Shown here piece after piece: positions 8,356 to 19,800 of a stretch of 35,880 nucleotides of DNA. Made by a program: the position numbers and the translations under genes. This DNA is from Candidatus Fimenecus sp. (lineage in GTDB: Bacteria; Bacillota; Clostridia; Oscillospirales; Acutalibacteraceae): the NCBI GenBank assembly GCA_051881415.1, contig JBJEPV010000127.1, positions 1-35,880 of the forward strand, given 5' to 3'. Position 1 is the first letter of the stretch. Every line of letters starts with the position of its first letter. The notes beneath the pieces are model-generated. The model had not been told where the DNA came from, did not search any database, and was given only the letters and a program-made list of their open reading frames with translations.

Positions 8356-11300
8356 TCAGCGAATGGGGGACATCGTAAAGGTGTAGGCGTATTCGCGGTT
8401 GCCGTGCAAAATATACGGCTCGCGCACATGCGCGTCACCCGGCATATCGCCGCCCACGCCGAGCTGTGCCAAGTCAAAGTTGAATGTGGTAATATCGCGG
8501 TGCTTCAATTCGTGAATATGCGTGGCTTTTTCGAGTTCATTCTGCGAATAATGCCAAGCGGAGAATTGTAACGGCGTGCCGGCTTCGGCTTCAAAGCGCA
8601 ACCCCTTGCCGTCCTTGTCGGTCAATTCCACAAACCGCACATCGGTGCGGTTGCCGTTTTCCTGCGGACGCATATAGTGGTGCTCTAAATCGGTGACAGT
8701 CATTTCGTGCAAACTGATGCGTGCACCCGTTTTGCGGTCACAGTAGGTTTCTTGCGGCCCTCTGCCGTACCATTTCACATATTCCAAATCGCCCGAGAAC
8801 GCCATTTGCGTGCCGAAGCGGGTGAGGGTATGCGTCGGCGTGCCTTTGTGGAAAATTGAGATGGCACCGTCGGGGTACACGGTAATCAAAGACGAAACAT
8901 TCTTCATACCGCCCACAGTCCATTTGACTTCGATTTTTGCACTGCCGTCCGCCTGCACAGCCGCGCTGGCAATATTGCCTTTTAAGCCGTTTGTCGCGCG
9001 TTGCCAAGCGTAATACGGGTGGAACGGAATTAAGAACGGCACAAAGTTCGTGTTTGACAGGTCGTTGTCCGTGACCGCACGGAAGTAGTTGGGGCGTACA
9101 TTGTCTTTGAGCATTTCTTTGCCGTCATATTGGAGCGACACAATCTGCCCGCCTGCAATACGCACCGCGAAGTTTTCGCCGCTTACCGAAACGGTATTTG
9201 CGCCGTTTGTTAAGGTGACGGGTGCACCGTCGTGTAAGACGGGGGTGCTTGCCGCCTCTTGCAACACGAATTGGTCAAAGCCCTGTTCAAAGCCCTGCTC
9301 GCACCAGCGCTTTTCGGTTTTGTTGCGGAACGAAACGGTCAAAACGCATTCTTTGCCCGCCGGGAATTTCTCTTTGGAATAGGGAACGGTGAAATCGCTT
9401 TCCGACAGCGGCGCGGCGTTGACATTTTCGCAGACACCGCTTTCGATTTCCACGCCCTCGGCTTCGACTTTCCAGCAGAAGTCAAAATCGGAAAGGTCTG
9501 TGAACAACTGCTTGTTTTTAACGGTGAAAATCTGTTTTTCGCGGTCTTTTTCGGTGACTTTGATTTCGCAGTAGACCTTTTTCACCTCGTAATAGGACGG
9601 ATGGGGCTTGCGGTCGGCAGCGATAATGCCGTTTGCGCAGAAATAGGTGTTACTGCCCGTCATAGCCGTGGTATTCGGCAACTGCAACGGGCGGCGCGGC
9701 TCGGATTTTTCAAAGTCCGTACCGTACAGCCAATGGTCGCCGTCGGGCGTTTTCAGGCGTAAGGATTGGTCAACAAAGTCCCAAATATAGCCACCGCACA
9801 TATGGTCGTGCGCCTCAAAATCGTCCATATATTCTTGGAAGTTGCCGAGGCTGTTTTCCATCGCGTGTGCATATTCGCAAAGAATAACGGGTTTTGTGTA
9901 TGCCTCTTTCGGAATGGGTTTGGAGTCCGCCGCCAACTGATTGGCAATGTTGTCATACAGCGTAATGGTGATGGCTTCTTTGTTGCAAAGTTTATCCATG
10001 GTGTCTTTTAAGGGGTACATTCTCGAAATGACATCGGATTTCGTCAAATCAAAGTCGCCCTCGTAGTGGAACTGACGGGTTTTGTCGAGCGCCAGTGCGG
10101 CTTCTTTCATTTTGGTGAAGTTTGTGCCGTCGCCCGCCTCGTTGCCCAACGACCACATAAATACGCACGCGTGGTTGCGGTCGCGCAAGACCATACGCTC
10201 CATTTTGTCCACAACCGCGTTTGTCCAAACGGGGTTGTCTCCCGGCACGCCCTTGCGGCGCACGCCGTGGCTTTCCATATCGCATTCGTCCATCACATAA
10301 AAACCGTATTCGTCGCACAAATCATAGAAGAACGGGTCATCGGGATAGTGCGAGGTGCGAATGGAATTGATGTTGGCGCGTTTCATCAAATCCAAGTCTT
10401 GATAATAGCGCTCTTTCGGTACTGCCCAGCCGCAGTCGGGGTCGAAATCGTGACGGTTTACGCCGCGCAGCAGCATCGGCTGTCCGTTAAAGAGAATGCG
10501 CTCGCCGACGATTTCCACCTTTTTAAAGCCGAATCGGATTGCCTTGTAGGTTTTTACGCCGTCTGCTTCCAAAGTGAGCAACAGGGTATACAAATTCGGG
10601 GTTTCCGCTGACCATTTCAGCGGATTTTTCACCGTTTTGCGGATGTTAACCGTTGTACTGCCTGCTACGGCATCAAATTCGAGCGCGCCGAGCTTTTGCT
10701 TTTTGCCGTCCGCCCCGATGATTTCGGCGGTGACGGTTGCCGATTTTGTCTCTTTCGTATAATTGTTTACGGTGATTTCGACATTGGTGTCGCTGTCCTT
10801 GTATTCCGCGTCCAAATCGGTGGTCACAAAGAAGTCGCGCAGGCAAACCTTTTCCTCGCAGAACAAATACACCTCGCGGTAAATGCCGCAAAGCCACCAC
10901 ATATCCTGGTCCTCAATGTAGGTCGCGTCGCTGTAACGGTAGACTTTGGCGCATACCAAGTTTTCACCGGGCTTTATGTATTTGGTCACATCGAATTCGT
11001 GCGGGGTCATAGAGCCTTGCGAATAGCCGACAAATTCACCGTTGACATAGACTTCCAACGCCGATTTCACCGCGCCGAAGTGCAAAAAGATTTCCTTGCC
11101 CTCGAAGTTTTCGGGCAAATTGAAATACCGGCGGTAGTGGCCGATTTCCTGCATATCGTGGTCAATCGAGGGGATTTTCCCTTTACTTCTCGAAATGGCA
11201 CGGGGGAAGGTGCTCGCGTAATAATACGGCACACTGCCCGTTTTTTGCGTCTGCCAAACAGACGGCACAGGAATGGTGCGCCAATGCTCGTCGTTAAAAT

Positions 11301-11505
11301 CCGTTCTGTAAAAATCGGTCGGCTCGTTTCTAAGCCCTCTTTGCCAATGGAATTTCCAATCGCCGTTCAAGGTGATTTTGGTGTCGGGCGCTTCGCGGCG
11401 CACCGCCTTTTTCGCGTCCGCGAACGCAAAGGCAATGGTGTGCCCGTCCTCTTTGTTGCGTTTGATAACGGCGGGATTTTCCCAATCATGTAGTGCTTCT
11501 CTCAT
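8356..11505 (-). CDS. lacZ: glycoside hydrolase family 2 beta-galactosidase
   Basis: 1049 aa with a GAGAGGA RBS. N-terminal WENP...LNGDWKF, acid/base region WSLGNEAG, nucleophile region ILCEYAHAMENS, and a C-terminal small-chain-like domain. Size and order match LacZ-type GH2 enzymes. Confidence 0.92.
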   Translation of the reverse strand: MREALHDWENPAVIKRNKEDGHTIAFAFADAKKAVRREAPDTKITLNGDWKFHWQRGLRNEPTDFYRTDFNDEHWRTIPVPSVWQTQKTGSVPYYYASTFPRAISRSKGKIPSIDHDMQEIGHYRRYFNLPENFEGKEIFLHFGAVKSALEVYVNGEFVGYSQGSMTPHEFDVTKYIKPGENLVCAKVYRYSDATYIEDQDMWWLCGIYREVYLFCEEKVCLRDFFVTTDLDAEYKDSDTNVEITVNNYTKETKSATVTAEIIGADGKKQKLGALEFDAVAGSTTVNIRKTVKNPLKWSAETPNLYTLLLTLEADGVKTYKAIRFGFKKVEIVGERILFNGQPMLLRGVNRHDFDPDCGWAVPKERYYQDLDLMKRANINSIRTSHYPDDPFFYDLCDEYGFYVMDECDMESHGVRRKGVPGDNPVWTNAVVDKMERMVLRDRNHACVFMWSLGNEAGDGTNFTKMKEAALALDKTRQFHYEGDFDLTKSDVISRMYPLKDTMDKLCNKEAITITLYDNIANQLAADSKPIPKEAYTKPVILCEYAHAMENSLGNFQEYMDDFEAHDHMCGGYIWDFVDQSLRLKTPDGDHWLYGTDFEKSEPRRPLQLPNTTAMTGSNTYFCANGIIAADRKPHPSYYEVKKVYCEIKVTEKDREKQIFTVKNKQLFTDLSDFDFCWKVEAEGVEIESGVCENVNAAPLSESDFTVPYSKEKFPAGKECVLTVSFRNKTEKRWCEQGFEQGFDQFVLQEAASTPVLHDGAPVTLTNGANTVSVSGENFAVRIAGGQIVSLQYDGKEMLKDNVRPNYFRAVTDNDLSNTNFVPFLIPFHPYYAWQRATNGLKGNIASAAVQADGSAKIEVKWTVGGMKNVSSLITVYPDGAISIFHKGTPTHTLTRFGTQMAFSGDLEYVKWYGRGPQETYCDRKTGARISLHEMTVTDLEHHYMRPQENGNRTDVRFVELTDKDGKGLRFEAEAGTPLQFSAWHYSQNELEKATHIHELKHRDITTFNFDLAQLGVGGDMPGDAHVREPYILHGNREYAYTFTMSPIR

Positions 11506-11547
11506 AGTTTTCCTCTCAGTTTTTGCCGTGCGGCATAGTAAATATAT

Positions 11548-11574
11548 AGTATACCATTATATACCAAAAGTCAA
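11548..11574 (-). promoter_or_regulatory. possible promoter for the beta-galactosidase gene
   Basis: On the minus strand: TTGACT (11574-11569), 15-nt spacer, TGG-TATACT (extended -10; hexamer 11553-11548). The short spacer keeps confidence low. Confidence 0.3.
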
Positions 11575-12771
11575 TTATACTTCGTGGCTTGCCGTATACG
11601 CGAGGTATTCAATAAACTGTTTTGCCGTGCGGGGGCTTCTGCCGCCGCTTCTGAGCGCGTGTGCCTCCGCTTTTAGGAACAGCTCGTCCTCGGGCATTTC
11701 AATATGATACTGCTTTGCCAAGTCGCGCACGATGCTCTCATACAGTTTTTTGTCCGGCTTTGAAAAGGTAACTTTTAACCCAAAGCGCGCCGAAAGGCTG
11801 GTCAATTCCTGAATGGTGTCCTGCATATGCAGGTCATCGCCCTCGCGGTCGGACAGCCGCTCTTTCACCAAATGGCGGCGGTTGGAGGTGGCGTATATTG
11901 CAATATTCCGGCTTCTGCCCGACACACTTCCCTCCAAAATGGCTTTGAGCGCGCCGAAATCGCTGTCGTCGGCGGCAAAACTTAAATCGTCAATAAAAAT
12001 AATGAATTTTAAAGGATTCTTGGCAAGCGAATCCAAAATATCGGGCAAATAAAACAGTTCGTTTTTCTTGACCTCAATCAGCCGCAAGCCCTCGTCTTTA
12101 TATTCGTTGACAATCGCCTTCACGGTACTGCTTTTCCCTGAACCTGCGTCGCCGTACAGCAAAACATTGTTGCAGGGGCACCCGCCGAGCAACGCTTTTG
12201 TGTTGGCAATAATGCGGCTTCGTTCGAGTTCATAGCCCGAAAAATCCGCAAGGCGTTGGGGGTCGGGGTGGCGAACGGGCGTTATTTTCCCGTCTTTTAA
12301 ACTGAACATATGGTATTTTGCAAACATACCGTAGCCGATTTTCGCAATGTTTTCGATGCGCTGTGTGTAAACGGCGCGCAAGTCAATCGGTGTGTTTTGC
12401 CATACGGGCAGGGGAATCGAAAGCCCCGTAAAGGTTTGAAACGCCTCGGCGGTCAAATCGCAAAAGTCCTGCAAAACGGCAAGCTCGGTTTGCAATGTAC
12501 GCTCGTAATTTTCCGTAAGCCTCCCTTCGGCGGCACGGCGTATGTAGGCGTTTTCGTCCTCGAATACCAAATCGGCGATATAGTCGCTTAAATTATCGCC
12601 CGTTCTGTAAAGCGCCGCAATAAATTCGCCGGCGCGGGCGGCGGCGTCTTCTGTCCCGACTTCCGCCTGTCGCCTGACGCGCAAAAAAGCAGAAACCGCG
12701 CCGTCTTGTAACAGGGCGCGGAACAGCACGAGCGTACAGAGTCGGTTTTGCAGCATGGATACATCTTGCAT
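11575..12771 (-). CDS. DUF815-type AAA/P-loop ATPase with ~170-aa N-terminal extension
   Basis: Walker A LLYGDAGSGKSS, Walker B FIIFIDDLSF, then IYATSNRRHLV, as in DUF815 proteins. ATG 12771 (MQDVSML) has GGAGA 8 nt upstream. The ORF-track start 12822 is an alternative. Confidence 0.8.
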   Translation of the reverse strand: MQDVSMLQNRLCTLVLFRALLQDGAVSAFLRVRRQAEVGTEDAAARAGEFIAALYRTGDNLSDYIADLVFEDENAYIRRAAEGRLTENYERTLQTELAVLQDFCDLTAEAFQTFTGLSIPLPVWQNTPIDLRAVYTQRIENIAKIGYGMFAKYHMFSLKDGKITPVRHPDPQRLADFSGYELERSRIIANTKALLGGCPCNNVLLYGDAGSGKSSTVKAIVNEYKDEGLRLIEVKKNELFYLPDILDSLAKNPLKFIIFIDDLSFAADDSDFGALKAILEGSVSGRSRNIAIYATSNRRHLVKERLSDREGDDLHMQDTIQELTSLSARFGLKVTFSKPDKKLYESIVRDLAKQYHIEMPEDELFLKAEAHALRSGGRSPRTAKQFIEYLAYTASHEV

Positions 12772-12841
12772 GGGGAACATCTCCGAAAAAAGAATAGCAC
12801 TTCGCAATGCGCTGAAAAACACAGCAATTTATAAAAAACGC

Positions 12842-12870
12842 TTGACATATAGACTTGACAGGTGTAGAAT
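12842..12870 (+). promoter_or_regulatory. sigma-A-like promoter for rpoBC
   Basis: TTGACA (12842-12847), 17-nt spacer, TAGAAT (12865-12870). A second TTGACA lies at 12855-12860. About 170 nt of leader precede rpoB. Confidence 0.55.
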
Positions 12871-13042
12871 ATTAAACTGCTATTAAAGTGGTAAGGTGTG
12901 CTCTTGCGCATTTTAAAGCATAGGTAGTTTACCATAAAAAATGCCGAAAAGCAACCCTTACGCCTATGATTTCTTGTAGGAATCTCCAAGTCCCGTTTCG
13001 GGGCTTTGTTGAACAAATATAGAACGGAGAGTGATAAGCCCT

Positions 13043-16000
13043 ATGGTGAATGTCAAACCTGTCAAACTCGGAAGAAACACCCGTATGAGCTTCTCGAAAA
13101 TCAATGAGGTTATGGATATGCCCAACCTTATCGAAATTCAGAAGAATTCGTATCAGTGGTTTTTAGACGAGGGATTAAAAGAGGTATTCCGTGATGTGGC
13201 AGACATTACGGACTATTCGGGGAACCTGGTTTTAAGTTTTGTCGGGTACCGAATGGATGACACCCCCAAATACACCGTAAAAGAGTGCAAGGAGCGCGAC
13301 GCGACCTATGCGGCGCCTTTGCGCGTGACCGCACGTCTTTTAAATAAGGAAACGGGCGAAATCAAAGAAAACGAAGTATATATGGGCGATTTCCCGCTGA
13401 TGACCGACAGCGGTACATTCGTCATCAACGGCGCAGAGCGCGTGATTATTTCACAGCTTGTGCGTTCGCCGAGCGTCTATTACGGTATGACGCATGATAA
13501 AAACGGTAAAGAGCTGTATACCGCTACCGTCATTCCGAACCGCGGCGCTTGGCTCGAATACGAGACCGACCAGAACGATTTGTTCTATGTCCGTATCGAC
13601 AAAAACCGCAAAATCTTCATCACGACCTTTATCCGCGCTTTGGGCTTGAGCACGAATCAGGAAATCTTGGAGTTCTTCGGCTATGATGAGCGCATCAAAG
13701 CAACCTTGGAAAAGGATACCACCATCAACACCGAGCAGGCGCTTATTGAAGTGTATAAAAAACTGCGCCCCGGTGAACCGCCGACACTCGAAACCGCACA
13801 GGCGCATTTGGACGGGCTGTTCTTTGACCCGCACCGCTATGACCTGTCGCGCGTCGGTCGCTATAAATACAATAAAAAGCTCGGCATTTCCGCACGCATT
13901 GCGGGCTTTAAAGCGAAAGAGCCGATTATCAGCAACTTAACCGGCGAAATCCTCGCCGACGAGGGCGACTATATTTCGTCCGAGCTTGCCTACCGTATCG
14001 AGCAGGAGGGCGTCAATGTCGCCGTGATTGACAACGAGGGCGACGAGGTCAAGGTGTTCTCCAACGGTATGGTGGATATTGCGGAGTATGTCCCGATGTT
14101 TACCGAGGAAGAGTTGGAAGAACTCGGTATCAATGAAAAGGTCAGCTTCTCGGTGCTTCGCGAAGTGCTTGACAAATGCGGCGATGACAAGGCGGCGCTT
14201 TCCGAAGAACTCGCCGCACGCTGTGATGACCTCATTCCGAAGCACATCACCATTGACGATATTTTCGCAACCATCAACTATCTCAACTGCTTAGGCCACG
14301 GCGTCGGCACCACCGACGACATCGACCACTTGGGCAACCGCCGTATCCGTTCGGTCGGCGAACTGTTGCAGAACCAATTCCGCATCGGCTTCTCCCGTAT
14401 GGAGCGCGTGGTCAAAGAGCGTATGACTTTGCAGGCACAGGAGCCCGACAAGGTTACGCCCGCGGCGCTGATTAACATTCGCCCCGTGATGGCGGCTATC
14501 AAAGAATTTTTCGGTTCTTCGCCGCTGTCGCAGTTTATGGACCAGAACAACCCGCTTGCCGAATTGACGCACAAACGCCGTCTGTCGGCATTGGGCCCCG
14601 GCGGTTTGTCGCGTGACCGCGCCGGGTTCGAGGTTCGTGACGTGCATTACAGCCACTACGGCCGTATGTGCCCCGTGGAAACGCCCGAAGGTCCGAACAT
14701 CGGCTTGATTTCCTATCTCGCCACCTTCGCACGCATCAATAAATACGGCTTTATTGAAGCGCCCTTCCGCCGTATCGACAAGGAAACCGGCGTGGTGCTC
14801 GATGAAGTGACCTATATGACCGCAGATGTCGAGGACGATTACAAGGTTGCGCAGGCGAATGAGCCGCTCGACGAAAACAACCGTTTCGTCCGCAAAAAGG
14901 TCAATGTCCGTTACCGCGACGAGTTTATGGAAGTCGAAGCGGGCGAAGCGGACTATATGGATGTCTCCCCGAGAATGATGGTTTCCGTCGCCACCGCGAT
15001 GATTCCGTTCTTAGAAAACGACGACGCGAACCGTGCATTGATGGGCGCGAACATGCAGCGTCAGGCTGTGCCGCTTTTAAAAACCGAGTCGCCGATTGTC
15101 GGTACCGGTATGGAATATCAGGCGGCGGTCGATTCGGGCACGGTTGTGCTTGCCAAGCGCGCCGGTACGGTGACCAAGGCCACCGCGGATGTGATTGAGA
15201 TTACCGCTGCGGACGGCACGGTAGACCATTATGACTTAATCAAATTTATGCGTTCCAATCAGGGCACATGTGTCAACCAGCGACCGATTGTTTCGGAGGG
15301 ACAAACCGTTGCGGAAAAAGAGGTCATCGCGGACGGCCCCGCAACCTCCAACGGGGAAATCTCGCTCGGGAAAAACGCCTTAATCGGCTTTATGACCTGG
15401 GAAGGTTACAACTACGAGGACGCCGTGCTCATCAACGAAAAATTGGTGCGCGACGATGTGTATACCTCGGTGCATATTGAAGAATACGAACTCGAATCCC
15501 GCGAAACCAAACTCGGGCCGGAAGAAATCACCCGCGATATTCCGAATGTCGGTGAGGATGCGCTTGCAAACCTGGACGAAAACGGGATTATCCGCATCGG
15601 TGCAGAGGTGCACTCCGGCGATATTTTGGTCGGTAAGGTCACCCCGAAGGGCGAAACCGAACTGACTGCCGAGGAACGCCTGTTGCGCGCCATCTTCGGC
15701 GAGAAAGCGCGCGAGGTGCGCGACACCTCTTTGCGCGTGCCGCACGGCGAATACGGTATCGTTGTGGATGTGGAAATTTTCACCCGCGAAAACAGCGACG
15801 AATTGAGCCCCGGCGTGAACAAGGTTGTCCGTTGCTATATCGCGCAGAAGCGGAAAATCTCCGTCGGCGATAAAATGGCGGGCCGCCACGGCAACAAGGG
15901 CGTTGTTTCCCGCATCTTGCCGCAGGAGGATATGCCGTTCTTGGATGACGGTACGCCGCTGGACATCGTGCTCAATCCCTTGGGTGTTCCCTCCCGTATG

Positions 16001-16780
16001 AATATCGGTCAGGTTTTGGAAGTGCATTTGGGCTTTGCTTACCGCAAGCTCGGGCAAAAGATTGCCACGCCCGTTTTTGACGGCGCACACGAAGCGGATA
16101 TCCGCGAAGCGCTCAAAGAAGCCGGCTACCGTGAGGACGGCAAATCTATTTTGACCGACGGCAGAACGGGTCTCAAATTCGACAACCCGATTACGGTCGG
16201 CGTGATGTACTTCTTAAAACTCCACCACTTGGTTGACGATAAGATTCACGCCAGAAGCACAGGCCCGTACTCCCTCGTTACGCAGCAGCCGTTGGGCGGT
16301 AAAGCACAGTTCGGCGGTCAGCGTTTCGGTGAAATGGAAGTTTGGGCGTTGGAGGCTTACGGCGCGGCGTATACCTTGCAGGAAATTCTGACCATCAAAT
16401 CCGACGATATTGTCGGCCGTGTCAAGACCTATGAATCCATTGTTAAGGGCTTGAATGTGCCGCAGCCGGGTATCCCCGAATCGTTCAAGGTGTTGATTAA
16501 GGAATTGCAATCCTTGGCACTGGATGTGAAGGTGCTCGATAAAGACGGCGAGGAAATCGACCTGCGCCAGACCTTCGAGGACGAGGCGGGCGATGTCGGT
16601 GCGGTCATCAACGAAGATGAAACTTTGAATACCGATGTTGTGAACGATGTCACGCTCGATGACGGGTATGTGACGGATGAAGATGCGGAAAAAGAGCTCG
16701 GCGACGATGCGTTCAATGACTATTTGGACGACGAAGAGGAAGATTTCCCCGGCGACGAGTTGATGGATGAAGAATTCTAA
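13043..16780 (+). CDS. rpoB: DNA-directed RNA polymerase subunit beta
   Basis: [20 protein letters not shown] start region (GTG 13031 is an alternative). Rif-cluster [27 protein letters not shown] (wild-type-looking). [17 protein letters not shown] block. ~80-aa acidic C-terminal tail. Confidence 0.97.
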   Translation: MVNVKPVKLGRNTRMSFSKINEVMDMPNLIEIQKNSYQWFLDEGLKEVFRDVADITDYSGNLVLSFVGYRMDDTPKYTVKECKERDATYAAPLRVTARLLNKETGEIKENEVYMGDFPLMTDSGTFVINGAERVIISQLVRSPSVYYGMTHDKNGKELYTATVIPNRGAWLEYETDQNDLFYVRIDKNRKIFITTFIRALGLSTNQEILEFFGYDERIKATLEKDTTINTEQALIEVYKKLRPGEPPTLETAQAHLDGLFFDPHRYDLSRVGRYKYNKKLGISARIAGFKAKEPIISNLTGEILADEGDYISSELAYRIEQEGVNVAVIDNEGDEVKVFSNGMVDIAEYVPMFTEEELEELGINEKVSFSVLREVLDKCGDDKAALSEELAARCDDLIPKHITIDDIFATINYLNCLGHGVGTTDDIDHLGNRRIRSVGELLQNQFRIGFSRMERVVKERMTLQAQEPDKVTPAALINIRPVMAAIKEFFGSSPLSQFMDQNNPLAELTHKRRLSALGPGGLSRDRAGFEVRDVHYSHYGRMCPVETPEGPNIGLISYLATFARINKYGFIEAPFRRIDKETGVVLDEVTYMTADVEDDYKVAQANEPLDENNRFVRKKVNVRYRDEFMEVEAGEADYMDVSPRMMVSVATAMIPFLENDDANRALMGANMQRQAVPLLKTESPIVGTGMEYQAAVDSGTVVLAKRAGTVTKATADVIEITAADGTVDHYDLIKFMRSNQGTCVNQRPIVSEGQTVAEKEVIADGPATSNGEISLGKNALIGFMTWEGYNYEDAVLINEKLVRDDVYTSVHIEEYELESRETKLGPEEITRDIPNVGEDALANLDENGIIRIGAEVHSGDILVGKVTPKGETELTAEERLLRAIFGEKAREVRDTSLRVPHGEYGIVVDVEIFTRENSDELSPGVNKVVRCYIAQKRKISVGDKMAGRHGNKGVVSRILPQEDMPFLDDGTPLDIVLNPLGVPSRMNIGQVLEVHLGFAYRKLGQKIATPVFDGAHEADIREALKEAGYREDGKSILTDGRTGLKFDNPITVGVMYFLKLHHLVDDKIHARSTGPYSLVTQQPLGGKAQFGGQRFGEMEVWALEAYGAAYTLQEILTIKSDDIVGRVKTYESIVKGLNVPQPGIPESFKVLIKELQSLALDVKVLDKDGEEIDLRQTFEDEAGDVGAVINEDETLNTDVVNDVTLDDGYVTDEDAEKELGDDAFNDYLDDEEEDFPGDELMDEEF

Positions 16781-16830
16781 CCGTTCGCAGCTTTGTTTCG
16801 TGCATTGATTAAGGAAGAAGGTACTGACAG

Positions 16831-19800
16831 ATGGAAAATATATCGTTTGAATCAATCAAAATCGGTCTTGCCTCGCCCGACCAGATTCGTGAATGGTCTT
16901 ACGGCGAAGTCAAAAAGCCCGAAACCATAAACTACCGTACTTTGAAACCCGAGCGCGACGGTCTTTACTGCGAACGCATTTTCGGGCCGACAAAGGACTG
17001 GGAGTGCCACTGCGGCAAATATAAGCGGATTCGCTACAAAGGCAAGGTCTGCGAGCGTTGCGGCGTGGAAATTACAAAATCCAAAGTGCGCCGTGAACGC
17101 ATGGGGCACATTGAATTGGTTGCGCCCGTTTCGCACATTTGGTATTTCAAGGGCATTCCGTCGAGAATGGGTCTGATTTTGGACATTTCTCCGCGTGACC
17201 TTGAAAAAGTGCTGTATTTTGCGAAATATATTGTCACTGACCCCGGCGACACGGAATTGACCAAAATGCAGATTCTTTCCGAGAAAGAATACCTCGATAT
17301 GCGTGAAAAATACGAGGACGATTTCAAAGCGGGTATGGGCGCAGAAGCGATTAAAACCCTGCTTGAAGAAATTGATGTGGACGCGCTCAGCGCACAGCTT
17401 CGCGAGGAGCTTGCCGACGCCACAGGGCAAAAGAAAACCCGTATTCTCAAACGCTTGGAGGTTGCCGAAGCATTCAAGCAGTCGGGCAACCGCCCCGAAT
17501 GGATGATTTTGGATGTTCTGCCGGTCATTCCGCCCGATATTCGCCCGATGGTACAGCTCGACGGCGGCCGTTTTGCGACTTCGGACTTAAACGACCTTTA
17601 CCGCCGCGTGATTAACCGCAACAACCGTTTGAAAAGACTGTTGGAGTTAAACGCGCCCGAAATCATTATCCGTAACGAAAAAAGAATGTTGCAGGAAGCG
17701 GTTGACGCGTTGATTGACAACGGCAGACGCGGCAGACCGGTGACCGGTCCCAATAACCGCGCGTTAAAATCGCTTTCCGATATGCTCAAAGGCAAACAAG
17801 GCCGTTTCCGTCAAAACCTTTTAGGTAAGCGTGTTGACTATTCCGGCCGTTCGGTTATCGTGGTCGGCCCCGAACTGAAAATCTATCAGTGCGGCTTGCC
17901 GAAAGAAATGGCATTGGAGCTCTTCAAGCCCTTTGTGATGAAGCGTTTGGTGGAAACCGGCGTCGCCGGCAACATCAAATCCGCCCGTAAAATGGTGGAA
18001 CGCTCCAAAACCGAGGTTTGGGACGCTTTGGAAGTGGTCATCAAAGACCACCCCGTTATGCTGAACCGTGCGCCGACCTTGCACAGACTCGGTATTCAGG
18101 CATTTGAGCCTGTTTTGGTCGAGGGCAGAGCCATTAAGCTTCACCCGCTGTGCTGTACCGCGTTTAACGCCGACTTCGACGGCGACCAAATGGCGGTGCA
18201 CGTGCCGCTTTCGGCAGAAGCGCAGGCAGAAGCCAGACTGTTGATGCTGGCCGCCAACAACCTGTTAAAGCCGTCCGACGGGAAACCCGTTGCCGTGCCG
18301 ACGCAGGATATGATTCTTGGTTCGTATTATCTGACGATGGATAAAGACGACGACCCGGGCAACGGCAAGGTATTTACGGGCTTTGACGAAGCGGTGATGG
18401 CTTATGATGAGGGCTACATCGGCTTGCACTCCAAAATCAAGGTGCGTATGACGAAAGAGATTGACGGCGAAACCCGTTCCCAGCTTCTCGATACCACCCT
18501 CGGTAAAATTATTTTCAACAATCCCATTCCGCAGGATTTGGGCTTTGTGGACAGAAGCGACCCTGCCAATGCGTTTAAATTAGAGGTGGATTTCCTCGTC
18601 AACAAAAAGACGCTCGGGCAGATTATTGACAAGTGCATTAAGGTGCACGGCGTAACCGTCGCCGCCGAAATGCTGGATAAAATTAAGGCGCAGGGCTATA
18701 AGTATTCCACCAAGAGCGGCATCACCGTCGCGGTTTGCGACGCGACCATTCCGCCGCAGAAGGGCGAATTGCTTGAAAAGGCGGAGGAACGCGTCGATGC
18801 GATTACAGCCAACTACAAAATGGGCTTGATGAGCAACGCCGAACGCTCCAAATCCGTTATCAAGGTTTGGGAAGAATGCACCAATAAAGTTGCGCAGGGC
18901 TTGAAAGACAACCTCGGCAAAGAGAACCCGATTTATATGATGGTCGATTCCGGCGCCCGTGGTTCGGAAAGCCAGTTGCGTCAGCTTGCCGGTATGCGCG
19001 GCCTTATCGCAAACACGGCAGGTAAAACGATTGAAGTTCCGATTCGTGCAAACTACCGCGAGGGCTTGAATGTTCTCGAATACTTCATTTCTTCGCGCGG
19101 CGCGCGGAAAGGCTTGGCGGATACCGCCCTTCGTACCGCGGACTCCGGTTACTTGACCAGACGTTTGGTCGATGTTTCGCAGGATGTGATTATCCGCGAA
19201 GAGGATTGCCACTGCCATGACGGCATTGAGGTTTATGACATCACCGACGGCAAGGAAATGATTGAGCCTTTGAAAGAGCGCTTGACCGGCCGTTATCTGT
19301 TGGAGGATTTCGTCGATGAAGCCACCGGCGAGTTGATTCACTCCAAAGACGAAATGGTGACCGAGGATGCCGCTGAAAAAATTGCGGATATGGTCAATGC
19401 CCGCGAAAATCCGGCGGATCGCCGCATCAAGATTCGTTCGCTGCTCACTTGCGAATCCGAGCACGGCGTCTGCATTAAGTGCTACGGCTCGAACCTGGCA
19501 ACCGGCGAGCCTGTCACCGTCGGCGAAGCGGTCGGCATTATCGCCGCACAGTCCATCGGTGAACCCGGTACACAGTTGACGATGCGTACCTTCCATACCG
19601 GCGGTATCGCATCGAGCCAGGACATCACACAAGGTTTGCCGCGTGTTGAAGAACTGTTTGAAGCAAGAAAGCCGAAAACACTCGCCATTCTTGCCGAAAT
19701 CGACGGTAAACTTTCGTTCCGTGAAATCAAAAAGAACGAGCATATCGTGATTACCAACGAAGAAACCGCAGACGAGAGAAGTTATCTGATTCCGTACGGC

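Noticed and set aside
11521-11540. Hairpin TGCCG-TG-CGGCA between the DUF815 and beta-galactosidase genes as a terminator.
   Set aside because: The stem is only 5 bp. On the transcribed (minus) strand it is followed by an A-run rather than a U-run, so it is not a convincing intrinsic terminator.
12855-12886. Second TTGACA (12855-12860) as the main rpoB -35.
   Set aside because: The best downstream -10 candidates are either poor (TGCTAT at 17 nt) or too far (TATTAA at 20 nt). The upstream TTGACA-17-TAGAAT pair is the better promoter. The second hexamer is noted only as a possible secondary promoter.
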